Translations under genes and position numbers: made by a program
Assembly (NCBI GenBank): GCA_051294375.1
Contig: CM119263.1
Coordinates: 20,798,115 to 20,862,114 of the forward strand
Source: Paraspadella gotoi
Lineage: Eukaryota > Animalia > Chaetognatha
Direction: 5' to 3'
DNA length: 64,000 nucleotides
Notes under the pieces: model-generated
Told to the model about the DNA's origin: nothing
What the model saw: only the letters and a program-made list of their open reading frames with translations
Databases searched by the model: none
Part shown: positions 35,571 through 48,296 of the stretch, piece by piece
Layout of the letters: every line of letters begins with the position of its first letter
Numbering within the stretch: position 1 is the first letter of the stretch

Positions 35571-35776
35571 GAAGAGACAGTAATTATTGTTATGTGTTAA
35601 TGACAGAACCGTTCAATATAAGCAGTCCCTGAGCTTCGGATCAGGCTGTAACACTGTGTTACAGGCGGGTTAAGCGCCCCGTCCTCTTAACTGCTAGGCG
35701 GCCACCGGGGTTGGGAGACGAATGACTTGCCTCCGGCACCAATGGCCGCTGATGAACGGTTGGTGGATTTTAGTCT
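35571..35776 (-). mobile_element. tRNA-derived SINE (family S1) with an internal deletion in the head
   Basis: It is colinear with 35104-35329. Confidence 0.75.
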
Positions 35777-37058
35777 ACCATAAGCATATAGATATTCCAA
35801 CTGCTTTTGCCAGCAAGCAATTACAATATCTATATCACATACCATTGTAAAATAGTAAACATTAACATCAAATATGAATAAAGTAAACAAACATTAACAA
35901 TGTAAAATATTCTTTGTTAAAGACCAAAGAAATTCAAAGTGGAGAGATTCTAGAAATAGAATTTGTAACAATTATTACTAGTGTTCTCTAGTAGTTTATA
36001 GTCATCTTTTGTTTTAATATACAAATAGTATCATATAGTACAATCATAAGTATAGAAATGGAATATTTATTTTGTAACAAGGCATTGTGACTCAGAAATC
36101 TCAGGAGCAAATCCCGGTATGAATGAAGTCTTTTATTTAAATTTTGAAATAATTGTTTGTAAGTTTATAAAAGTTAGCATTAGTTAATAGTTGTCTCCGG
36201 ATCAATAATAACACCTGACGCTGACGCCTCGAGCTGATATGAAAAGATTGAGGAGGGATCGAATCCTACATTACCTATATTTATTATTTAATAAGGCGGG
36301 CCAAAATTGAACACTTTTTGAATTAGTTCATTGGGATGTTGCACTGAAGCTTTTAAATTTTTATTTATATATAACAAATAACAAATTTTTTGTAAAAAAA
36401 TTATATTTTTTAAGTAACTTTAAGGTATTGAACTAAAGATTATAAAAAAAATTATCTAATATTTTGCAAGTTGGAATATTTTGTTTTTGATGTAAAAAAG
36501 GTTGTGAGTTAACACTATACACATCTTTAGGCTTTTTCCCCCCTCTTGATGACTGTAAAATATCCCAGTTATCTAAAAAAAATTTAAAAACATTATAAGC
36601 TCGTGACAAAGTTATTACCAATTATGAAACAAAATTTTAATTTTTTAAATTACCAAAATGTGACTTTATAGTGCGTTTTTTTGCCCCACAATCGTTCTGA
36701 TTCTTCGAGTTCTATAAACAGATGTAACATGGGAAACGACTTTTATGAATTTCCCATCCCTAATAACTTGTTTATGCATGACAAATCTGCAACAAGCTTG
36801 TAAGGGATAGTCCACAATGAAATTTCAGTTTATTTAAGATGATGCTTAAGTTTTTTTTCGTCTCTGTGACGGGCGAACAAGCTAATATTAATATTCGCTT
36901 CACTCCAGATTCCTATAAAATAATATGAATTAAACAATAATTAAAATTGCTGATTATACATTAATAATAGGTAGGACGAATTACAAATTTTTAGAATTAT
37001 ACTGCTGTTATAATATTTTCTTTATCGTTTGTTTTTTAGATTTAAAGAAATTATGGTG

Positions 37059-37153
37059 GACTAAAATCCACCAACCGTTCATCAGCGGCCATTGGTGCCG
37101 GAGGCAAGTCATTCGCCACCCAACCCAGAGGTCCGGTGGTCGCCTAGCAGTTA
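37059..37153 (+). mobile_element. 5' part of SINE S1
   Basis: It is the reverse complement of 35685-35776. Confidence 0.7.
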
Positions 37154-39051
37154 ATATAGTAAAACAAGTAATCTTGCAATTTTTCATAATATGAAGGATT
37201 GAAATATTAAAGCCGACACATGTCCGTTTTTCTAAATGAAAAATAAAAATCGTTGTCCAAAACTTATTTCAAATATTTCTCTAAATATAAAATAATACTT
37301 AATTCAGTTACGACGGAGAAACTCAATTCGTCACTTTCCTGTTGAAAGAAAGAGAGACAGCAAAAGATAATAAGAAAGAAAGATAGACAGGGAAATAAAT
37401 AGAGAGAGACAGAGAGAGAGAAAAAGACAGAGAAAAAAAATAATAAAAAAAAGGAAAGGGAGAGAGAGTGAGAGAGAGAGAGACTAAGAGAGAGTAGTTT
37501 TAAAACAATCTTCGTGCTTCCTAAAAGGGTAATTCTGGCACCCTATACTGTCGTGTTCATTGCAGATGTAGAAAATACACGACGCATCTCCTGATTGCAA
37601 TTACTGTTCTTTGTTTGTAAAAATTAAGTTATTTTTATTAATAACTCAACAGTGCTAAGTCGTAGAAAGTTGAGAGTGGTCTTAAATTAAAGCTCTTGTC
37701 GCGTAGATAATGTTTGATGTATAACAATATAATTTTATGTGACATTTGTAAAAATTAAGTTCTTCGTTCAGAGGTAAGTAAAAAAAAACAAAAAAACTTT
37801 TAAAAAAAAAACCCTGCCTTTACCAGGAATTTGCTAACCTATCACAGGGAGTGCCTCATAGGTGTACTTTAAAATTTTGCAGGTTTCCAAGATGGCACTT
37901 TTTTTGTTTCTTTTATATCATCTCTGCCTACCGTGTAGAGGCCAAACTTTGTCAATGGGTGGGTCAGAAGTTTGATTTGGGAACCTTTCCAAATGAAAAC
38001 TTCATAACATTTCTGAGAAAAACTTTCAATGGACCAAAATTTTCTAAATGGCTATAAGCATTAGTAATTATTTTTTTAATATTTATTTATAGATAGGAAA
38101 TGTAATTTTTTTAAAAATTTTGTATTTTAAAAGCAGATTCAGATAGCTCATAAAAAGTTGTCTACACAAAGTATAATTCTTTTTTTCAATATTTTGATGA
38201 TAAGTGGGCTCAAAAAAAACTTGGGAAAAACCTTAAAAAATCATCATCATCATCAACATCCGATTTTTTTAGCAGTTTTTACTAATTTTAAGTAATAAAA
38301 CATCAAAATTTTAAAATGTTGTAATTATATTTTTTGCTTAACTTTTTAAGCTCTATCAGAATCAATTAAAAAAACTTAAAATATCCAAAAACAAATTTTG
38401 ACATTATATAGCAATATAATAATATTAATTAGCAAATTACTCATGGTTCGGAACATTTTTGCAAAAAAAATTTTATTACAATAATTAATACCAATAATGG
38501 ATTAGTTTAATGCTGTTCCCATTAAAATTTGAATTTGGTCGGCTACCGCTATTTTAAGAACGGATTTCTATAGAGCTTAAAAAGTTAAATGAAGGTTAGT
38601 ACTACAATTTTTTAAAATTTTGACAATAAATTGGTTGAAAATAGAAAAAACCTTAAAAAATCATCATCATCATCAGCTGAATTTCATTGTTTTTTTTTAA
38701 ATTTTCATCAATAAAACAAAATAATTTTAATCTATTAAAAAAATTGAAAAATTTAAAAACAATTTTAAACTTTATATAGCAATAAAATAATCTTTAAATG
38801 CTTCCGTGTGTTAATTAATAAGATAAATTTTAAAAATTATTTTCATTTTCATTATCTCTATCAGTCACTTAACCATTATTTATTTGAGAGAACTTCTAGT
38901 TTTCAACCTGTTTCGGCCTTTGACGTTAATTAACCGCTGACTTTCTTCAGTATTCAAAAAACAAGAAGACAACAACATCAACCACAAGATACCCCCTAAA
39001 CTAAAGAGACATTAAACAATTTTACATCTTCGTCTTCTCTATTGTTATTAC

Positions 39052-39672
39052 TTTTTAGTCGGATCTGCTAATAAGCAGATCCCGACTCTATAATTCACTT
39101 TGTCAGTCCGTTGGTCCGCCCCCTCAATCTTGTCGGGCATTAACTTATTTCATGTCAGAACATCGAATTATGATTAATTATGCAAAAAAATATGTCCATC
39201 CGTACGTCCGTCCGTCCATCCATCCATCCGCTCGTTCCACCTTAACAAAAAACACCAATTACTGTGATTGGATAGATGGATTGAAATGAAATTTTGTATG
39301 TGGTTAGGGAAGTGTATGATTGAGCTGGATAAGAAGTTTCGAAGGAATCGTCCGAGTGGAAATGAGTTTAAATGGAAAAAAAAACCTGTTTCACTAATTG
39401 ATTATGCTTCTTTTTCTTTTTATATTAAATGTAAATGCAAGATGTATTAATTAATCAAATAATTAATTATTTAAATAGTCAATTAGTCAATTAATGAAAC
39501 AATTATTAATTAATCAGTCAATTAATCAATCAAAACAAACATTTTGGATCAAGTTAATTAATTACTTATTAATTAATTAATTAACTTGAATTTATTAATT
39601 ATTAATTTATTAATTATTTAATTACCGATAATGATCATGGGCAGATCCGACATTGTTTGCTCAAACTTGTTT
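39052..39672 (+). mobile_element. Apparently complete Helentron-associated (HINE/DINE-1-like) element
   Basis: It starts in a T-run with gtcggatctgc and carries a (GTCC/ATCC)n microsatellite. A subterminal inverted copy gcagatccgac lies near the 3' end, followed by attgtttgctcaaacttgttt. Confidence 0.65.
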
Positions 39673-41130
39673 ATTTCCTTCCTTCTCCTCCTTTTTTGCG
39701 TCCTCTTAATTCCTCGTCCTTCTACCAAAATTTGCATAATCCGATTCAAATTGATGTTAATGACTCGAGGTTAAGGAAAACGAGGAAGGGGGGGAGATAG
39801 GGACTAAGATTTTAGCGGGCATTGCGCAGTTTAAGACATCCATCCCTTAGATGTGACCTGGTGGCTCATAGAGTGACCCATTTGGTACCGGGATTGGTCA
39901 CCAAGATGGTACCAAACCTATGGGACGATTGAGGACGGCCGGAAACCGCCGAGGTTATGTTTGTTTGCTGGCAAAGAACTTTCAAACTTTCAAAGATCTT
40001 TAGCCAACTTTGGGACTCAACCAGAAAATGTGTAATGATACAAAAGATCGAAGATTTCATTCCTGCCCTCGACATTTCGTATCGGAATATGTAAACCTCA
40101 TTCTAATCTAATCCCTTTCGAAACTCGTTCGAGAAAGTAAACGAATATCAACGTCAAAGCAATTAAGTTAAATGTTTATTTAATTGGTAATGAAAAAATT
40201 ATAAAAAACACACACGATTCTGTTTTTAAACCAAATACACGCAGCGGGGATCGAAAATAAAAAAAAATTAGATCTCTCGATCGGAAATCGAGATGGTCGG
40301 TATTTCTAAAATGAGAACGACTACTTGTAGAAAACACGTCTGTCAGTGCGTTACGACATACGAAATATAAGATATGGAGAGAAAATTGGAAATGGGGAGG
40401 AGAGAGGGGGGCGGAGGTTTAGCGGCAAATGCCCTTCAACAAATTTATATAAAATTGATCTAAAATCTGAAAGGAACAGTTTTTCAAGTTAAGTCAATTT
40501 TTTTTATTTTCATGCGGTTGAATATTTTGGGTATTTGAAAATTTTGTAAAAATTCAAAGTAAAGTCAGTTGTAAATTACTATTGGCTAAGAAGTAAATAC
40601 AATTAACGTTATGCCATATCTTCGATTGATCTGTTTATATCGATCAAACTATTGATTATACATTAGATACGTACTTACGAATGAAGTTTAAGCTACAAAA
40701 ATATTATTATTGTCCATTAAGTTTGTCCATCCGACAAGTATGAAAAGTTTATGTGAATGAGATTTAAAGTATTAAAACTTTTTTTTTTAAATACTCGTTT
40801 TCAAGATTAATTAGGTTCATTCATTAATGGAAAAAAGCTAAACTTGACGCCGCATCGTCGTTCAATCTCATTTTCTATCAACGCGCGTTTCATCACCATC
40901 CCTTTAAGGCAAAAGCGGTTTTCACAGAGTTCATAGACTTGAGAGAAGATTTTTCCTGAGCAAATCAAATTTATTTTTTCTTGTTTTTTTCTTGGAATAA
41001 AAAAAGTTCGACGATCCCTAAACGAGGAACGACGACCGCGCGGTGTCGCAGCCGTAGGGCCATCGCGGCAACCGCAGTTCCGCCGCGGCAGGGCAGTCAC
41101 GACGCCGCCGCTGCAGAAAGGGTAGGAGCT

Positions 41131-41817
41131 TCACCCGTTGGGCGTGACGAAGCACCACTCCCCGTTGTCGAGGCTGTAAAAGTCGAGGGCGGGAAAGCGG
41201 GCGAGCCAATCCGGTTTGGCGCGAAACCGACTTCCGGTCAAATCGATCATCTTCATGTTGACGAAGATACGAGACGAAGATTCGGGGAGAAAATCAATCA
41301 CGTGACACTCCGCAAAGTCAAACTTTTCAACCTTGGAGGAAAAGAATGTGAGAGTGGGAGGGAAGAGAAGGGAGGGTAGGGTAGGGGAGAGGGAGGGAGG
41401 GAGAGAGAAGGAAGAGGGAGAGATAGAGTCGGAGGGGGGTTTAAGGAATGAAAAGGGATAATGATAATGATAGTGAAGAAAAAATGAGAAAAAAACGCGA
41501 AAAAAGGGAAGCGGGGATCCAATCCTCACTTTTCCCGCCTCCTTCTCCCCAACTTCGCTCATGACCCAAACGATGAATTTCCCCTTGCAGTTGGTCCACT
41601 TGCTGCTCTTGACCAACTCTTGCAGGTTGAGCTTGCCAGCCTCTTTCCGCAGGCTCTCTTCAAGGTTGTGTTTGCTGATGACAAAGTGCCAGTGTTTGGC
41701 CTTCAATTTGAGCCACTTTAGCCCTGAGGGTGGAGAAAAAAGATGTATGTCATTTGAAGCTATTAATTAATAGTATTAAATTTTATTTTAAAATTATATA
41801 CATATCTCCCCCCTCTT

Positions 41818-41861
<44 letters not shown>

Positions 41862-44800
41862 ACTCGGAAGGAGTTCGATCCAATGCGGAATATTCTTCAC
41901 GCCTGATCCTTCGAGATTCACCATCTCCACATTTGCGAAGAGTTTGAGTTTTTCCACGGGTTCGATCACTTCGATTTTGCTGTAGAAAGATGGAGATGTG
42001 ATAGAAAGAAATTGATATGGACCATCAGATAGGGATGGAGATGGACTTCCCTCTGCGTTGGCAAAGCAAGACCGTCCTAGGGTAACCGCGCCAGTGACTG
42101 GAGGCGTCACTGAGGGTCGGAAGCCCCCAAAGCCAACAGTGAGATGCCCCATCCCAATGGGCATCACAGGCAACTCAGCTGTTGCCATACCTACCATTGA
42201 TATCCCCACAACATTTCTCGCCTCACCTTTCATTCAATCGAATCTCCTTGAGGTGAGCGACGTCGTCTGCTTTGACTGAATCCTCGATGATGAGACTTTG
42301 GATGCTGTTGCCTCGAGTCCACGAGTTGCGCCTCTCCGCGCTCAAGTCCAGCGTCTGGTTGAATGGGACATTAAGGGAGGGGTAAAAGCGATTGAAAGAA
42401 TTTGTTCACTTAAAAATTTCTTGCGTAAAAGACAATGCTTTTTTTTACCCTGTTATCTATAAATTCTTTTTAATCGTTCGAGTGGCAACCTCAACATAAC
42501 AACGGCTGAAAGTTCAGAACTTGCACTTTCAACTTCCATTTATAGAACTCGCCAAAGCGACAAATGAAAATTTAAAACTCCTTATGAAATTGGTACAACC
42601 AATATAAAAATTTCCCATTCATTTAAATAATTAAGCTATCTTGCCCCCGACTTTGGATAGGCTTTGGTGGTTTAAGGCATCCATCACTCTTACAGATAAT
42701 GACATAGCAGGTTCCTTCAAGCTTTCAATCAAGACTCTCTCACAATCTTGTTTATTCACTCCCAGACTACCTGGCTTCCCTATCAATGAAGTGGTATAAT
42801 GTTTCAAAGAATGTTTCAATTGTATGAAAAGACCACTCCCTTAAGTATATTATATCAAATTATATTATTATCATTCAATTCTATTCCTTGGTGACTTATC
42901 CTTGCGCATTTCTTACATATTGTACCCCTTATTGACTCAACCTCGTCCTTTCCCTGCGTATTTCTTGAAAATTGTTTTCATTGGCGATTCACCGTGGGAA
43001 TTTCATTTCGCATTTTTATCAAGCCATGACCGGCGAAGCCGGTTCAAGGCTTGATATTCATTCGGGTGAGCTTCTTTGTGACGTAGTCGTCGTCGTCGTC
43101 CTCGTCGTCCGTCACGCTGTTTTTCTATATAAAACTACTACGCTTTTATAGGTTTGGCTGTGACTTACCGTTTTTTAAAAATAAAAATTATTATGAATTA
43201 TGATAAAGTTTTACAAAAGTGTGCATTCATAGTAAGTTAAAAATTTAGATAATGGCTTCTCATCTTGAAATAGCTTTGATATTTTCTTATTACATTTGGA
43301 TTTAAGTATTTTTGTTTGAATTTCCACTTCATTATGATTTACTGCAATATGCAAATGAGATTATAGTACTCATTATCATATTCCAAATTAGTATATAGAA
43401 ATGCTTTAATCTAATTTACATATTGCAGTATATAATATTGAAGATGAAATTCAAAAAATTTTTTTTAAATCTCTAATAAAAATGGGAACTCAAAATAACT
43501 TTTTAATGAGAAGCTATATCTTAATTTTAATACAAATAAAAATAAAATCTTTTACAAGCTGCGATTGGAAAAAATTGGAAAAATTTCAAATTGTAAACCA
43601 TTGTAACATTTTTTGCCTTTCTTTTTATTTTTTTTATTTCTTTTATTTCAGAAAAAAACGAGTTTCAGTTTTTGCACTGACTGTACAGCGGCCTTCAAAC
43701 AGCTGTCCAGCTTTGTCTCTCTTTCTCTCTCTCCTCTCTCTCTTTCTCTTCTGTCTCTTTCTCTCTTTACGATCTCTTGCGTGATCGTTTCTTTTTTGAA
43801 AAATTATGATTATGTTTTTCTCTTAAAAACTTTTATTTCGGGCTTTTTTCTCAATACAAAATCCCAAATTTACATCCGAGATTTTCGTGGATACATTTTT
43901 AAAAAGTGAAGAATAACTTATATTGACATGCATTGTCACATATAAATCAGCTAATGTGACTTATTATATATGCAGCACTTTCGCCGAACAATATGCATTA
44001 CATTTAAAAAAATAAATTTGTAATTTATTATTATTGTAACTTTGAACCGGTTGCCCACTATTGGCAAATTATATCTTAAATAGTAGAGTTGATAAGAGAG
44101 ATATAGTCAAATTAAACATTACTTTTTTTGTTATTCTGAATATTTATACTATTATTAATTTATAAATATTTTTAGTGTATATATTAATCATTTTTATCTT
44201 TTTTTAAATAATAATTATTTGAGTTGTGAATAACTATTTATAAATTATTAAATATGCAAATATAAAATTTGACCTCGGTCTGTTTCTTCCTAAAAAGAAC
44301 AATCAAAAATTTCATTCAAGATAATTTTTTAAAATGAGGAAATAAAATTTTTTTGATAAGTAAAAAAATATTTGGAAGTCAAAAATATTATAGTCGTTAA
44401 CTGAGTATTTTTCAACTATATATTTGTTAATAGGGATTATAATTTTTGGATCAATTATTATTGAATAAGAGTGAAAGAGAGTTTAGTTTTTTTTCTTCTG
44501 AATAGGGGTAGCCCCTCTCAATGGGGTGAATCAAAAATTTTGTATGGGAACATGCTCAAACGAAATTTTATGCTTTTTTAAGTTTACTTTTCAATGTACA
44601 AAAAATTTTTACATGTCTCTATAGTCTCTATATGTCTCTTATACCAATATTTATTTTGTAATATTTTTTTATAGAAAGGAAAAGAGTTCGTCCCTACTCA
44701 TATTCGTCGGAAAATGAGTTCAGCTCTGCAGCGGCGGTCCAGCGGCGGTCCCAGCGGCTTGTCCAGCTTCTCTCTCTCTCTTTCCTCTCCTCTCTCTCTC

Positions 44801-44984
44801 TCTCTCTCTTTTTTTCCTTCTAAAAACTTTTATTATCGCCATTTATTCCGCGCTTTTTTCTCAATACAAAATCCCAATTTACATCCGAGATTTTCGTGGA
44901 TTTTTTCCTTAAAAATTCTGAATATTCTTTATATAAACGAGAGAGACCTAATAATGCGTTTCGTTGGCGCGGAAAACTGTCCAG

Positions 44985-45020
<36 letters not shown>

Positions 45021-46349
45021 ACTCATACACCGCATTTGTTTGTTTTATTTACGATGAATGATTCATCGCGTCAATGAATGACTATCATCGCATCAATGAA
45101 TGACTATCATTTCATGGCTTGATCCTTATGCTTTTAAGATTTTTTGTATATTGTCTTCATTGGTGACTCACCGTCGGCGTTTCCTTGCGCATTTCATGCA
45201 GATTGTCTTTGTTAAGGACGAATCTCCAGTTTCCATCGTCGAGTCGCATCATCGCCAGACCCGTCAATTCCTTCGACCAGGAAGGCACGTCCGCTAACCC
45301 CGTGCCGGTCAACTCCAACACCTGGCCCAAGGATTCAATAAAATACAAAAAAATACAAAGTTAAAATACCAATTAAAGCTAAGAACTATTGAAAATATTC
45401 TAATTCAAATTATTTAACTATATATATTTGCTTCAGGTATACAAAGTAGTGCCATAAAAAAAAACAAACTACGACCTTATTTTTTTCTGTACCAGACCTT
45501 ACCTTGACGTTTTTGAAGGCCCTGAGTTTCTCGGGCGGTTGAACCGTCTTGATCTTGGAGGACATCATCCCCATCTCTTTAACTTTGGAGGCCTCGACTT
45601 CGTCGACGTCGGAGTCGATGATCAAAGTGTTGATGCTGTGACCTTCCGTCCATCTTTAGAAAGGAGAATGATTGTTATGATTCATTAAACGATTAACTGA
45701 TTGGTCAATTGATTGATTGATTAATTTACTAATGACATGATGATTCATTAACTAATTTAATTCATTAATATTGACTGATCGGTATACAAGCAGTATATGT
45801 ATATAATTTGCCTTTCCCATGTTTCTTTTTTTCCCCGATCATCCATTCGGCAAACTTGATTAACTTCCAACCAATGTCGTTTTCCTATTTTCTCGTAACC
45901 CGAGGGTTTCATGAGTTTGCGACCAGCTCCAATTTTGTCAGAACAACAACGAAAGCAACAAAAACTACAACGACAACGCAGAAAAGACAAAATCGAACGA
46001 AGACAACAACAACAACAACAACTGGCCTACAATCCATCCTCCCTTCCAGCGTGAGGCGCGGGCTCCGGTTGTTTTCGATCATGTCCTCAATTTGATCCTT
46101 GGTCACCACGAAGTCCCACACGTCGGTGGAGCGGCGGACCAGCCCGCCCGAGAGCGGTTTGCCTACCCGAACCGTCCGACCGGGGTTGAAAGTGACCCAG
46201 TTGAGTCCGCGAAACTCGGACGCCCAGTCAGGCAGATCGGACAAGCCCGTCCACGTCAGGTTGAGGCTCTTTACGTTGGCGAAGAGACGGAGGAGGTCGG
46301 GCGGGAGGACGGAGATCACGCGGGAGAATTGGAGGTTAATCTCGTGAAC
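41131..46349 (-). CDS. 3' block (7 exons) of a host gene encoding ~110-aa tandem LRR-like repeats
   Basis: Exons 46349-46027, 45653-45503, 45321-45172, 42354-42227, 41979-41864, 41723-41530 and 41331-41131 join in compatible phases. Four repeats follow the pattern I..(V/L).P...L..F.NV..L.L.G.G....P.W...(L/F).GL......W.FV(I/L).K..L.E. Confidence 0.8.
43015..43921 (+). mobile_element. Second copy of the Helentron/DINE-like repeat at 16530-17578 (intronic)
   Basis: It is colinear with 16530-17578 at high identity. Confidence 0.65.
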
Positions 46350-46462
46350 CTGAAAAAAAGATAAATAAATAAATTGTATTAATCCTTTCTTTTTTTGTTT
46401 GTTGAGATTAATTAAAAACGAAAATTTTCGTGGAACAACAATAAAGTTTTTTATTAACTTTG

Positions 46463-46497
46463 GACATGTTTCGGCTTACAACTCAAGCCTTCATCAG
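46463..46497 (-). ncRNA. Minimal type I hammerhead ribozyme motif
   Basis: The minus strand reads CTGATGA-A-GGCTTG-agttg-TAAGCC-GAAA-CATG-TC. The mirror copy at 48336-48371 has a 2-nt insertion in the core. Confidence 0.7.
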
Positions 46498-47338
46498 CAT
46501 TTGAAATCACAAATAATTTATTTCACAAACATTGAGAGAGAGAGAGAGAGGGAGAGTTCCAACAAAGAACTTAGTAAAGGAAAGTGGTCAGATGTGAGGA
46601 CAGGTGAAGATGAGGACAGGGATGAAAAGGAGAGTGAATGTGAAATTGGTGAAAAGGGAGAGAGAGACACAGAGAGAGAGAAATAATAGTACACATTAGG
46701 CAATGTACAACAAAGATAAATAGTATTATAAACTAGACATAACAAAGATTGAAATAAATTAAATTAGGCTGTTTGTGCATTTTTGAAATAGTGAAATATT
46801 GAAAATGAAATGGAAAAGGATAGTTTTTGAGGGATAGTTAAGATAAAGAGGTAAGAGAAAAATAAGTAAGGAAAAGAGTTCAAAATGAGCTGGTCCCCCC
46901 CCAGCCGGGCAAATGAGGGATATTACTGATGAATTCGAGTGGCACTGGGCATTTTTCCAGGTGGGTCATTACCAGATCCCAGCCTAACTAACTCCACCAC
47001 AATACTCTCTCAACCTATGACAGGCCTATGAACCGAAATTCATCAGTAATATCCCTCATTTGCCCGGCTGGGGGGGGGGAACCAGCTCATTTTGAGCTCT
47101 TTTCTTTACTTATTTTTCTCTTACCTCTTTATCTTAACTATCCCTCACAAACTATCCTTTTCCATTTCATTTTCAATATTTCACTATTTCAAAAATGCAC
47201 AAACAGCCTAATTTAATTTATTTCAATCTTTGTTATGTCTAGTTTATATTGTAATGATTCTTTCTTTTTCGTTGTGTTTATGAATTTAAGGAATAACAGA
47301 TTTTTTAAAGTTCAACAACGAATTTTTTATTTCATAGG

Positions 47339-47375
47339 GACATGTTTCGCCTCTGTGGTTCAGAGTCTTCATCAG
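47339..47375 (-). ncRNA. Minimal type I hammerhead ribozyme motif
   Basis: The minus strand reads CTGATGA-A-GACTCT-gaaccac-AGAGGC-GAAA-CATG-TC. Confidence 0.65.
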
Positions 47376-47971
47376 CATCTGACCTAATCAACAAATTTTT
47401 CTCTTTAATGTCAGTTTTTAGAGAGAGAGAGAGAAGAGAGAGAGAGAGAAATAAAGAGAGAGATAAAAGAGGGAGATTCCAACAAAGAATTGAGAAAGGA
47501 CAGTGGTCAGATGTGAGGACAGGTGAAAGTAAGAGGGGGGGGGCCAGCTCTTTTTTGAGCTCTTTCTTTATCTTTATATTTCACTAACATCTTCACTTAA
47601 CTATCCCTAACAACTTATTTTCCCTTTCATATTTCATTCTTAATAGTTAAACTAAGTTATTAATTGATTGTTACTACTAGATTAACATTAAGTTTGTCCA
47701 TTTTTACTTTGTTGTACATTACCAAATGTAACTATTTTCTCTGCCTCTTATTCTTCTCTCTCTCTCCCTCAATTTTTCACCTTTCAAAATTTCAACCAAT
47801 TTATCTTCTTCCTTGCTCTTACTCACCTGTCCTCACATCTGACCACTGTCCTTTCTCAATTCTTGTTGGAATCTCCCTCTTTTTATCTCTCTCTCTATTT
47901 CTTTCTCTCCTCTCTCTCTCTCTCTCTCTAAAAACTGACATTAAAGAGAAAATTGTTGATTAGGTCAGATG

Positions 47972-48008
47972 CTGATGAAGACTCTCAACCACAGAGTCGA
48001 AACATGTC
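47972..48008 (+). ncRNA. Minimal type I hammerhead ribozyme motif (best-preserved copy)
   Basis: The sequence reads CTGATGA-A-GACTCT-caaccac-AGAGTC-GAAA-CATG-TC, with a perfect 6-bp stem II and a palindromic loop 3. Confidence 0.72.
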
Positions 48009-48262
48009 CCTATGAAATAAAAAATTCGTTGTTGAACTTTAAAAAATCTGTTATTCCTTAAAGTCTAGTTTATAATATATTTATCTTTGTACATTGCCTA
48101 ATGTATACTATTATTTCTCTCTCTCTGTGTCTCTCTCTCCCTCTCTCTCTCCCTTTTCACCAATTTCACATTCACTCTCCTTTTCATCCCTGTCCTCATC
48201 TTCACCTGTCCTCACATCTGACCACTTTCCTTTACTAAATTCTTTGTTGGAACCTCTCCTCT

Positions 48263-48296
<34 letters not shown>

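Larger units (their letters stand above)
47249..48062 (-). mobile_element. Fold-back Penelope-like non-autonomous element (inner), nested in the outer one
   Basis: A 12-bp TSD GTCTAGTTTATA is at 47237-47248 and 48063-48074. Inverted arms lie at ~47286-47532 and ~47818-48062, with a tail at 47249-47285. Confidence 0.8.
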
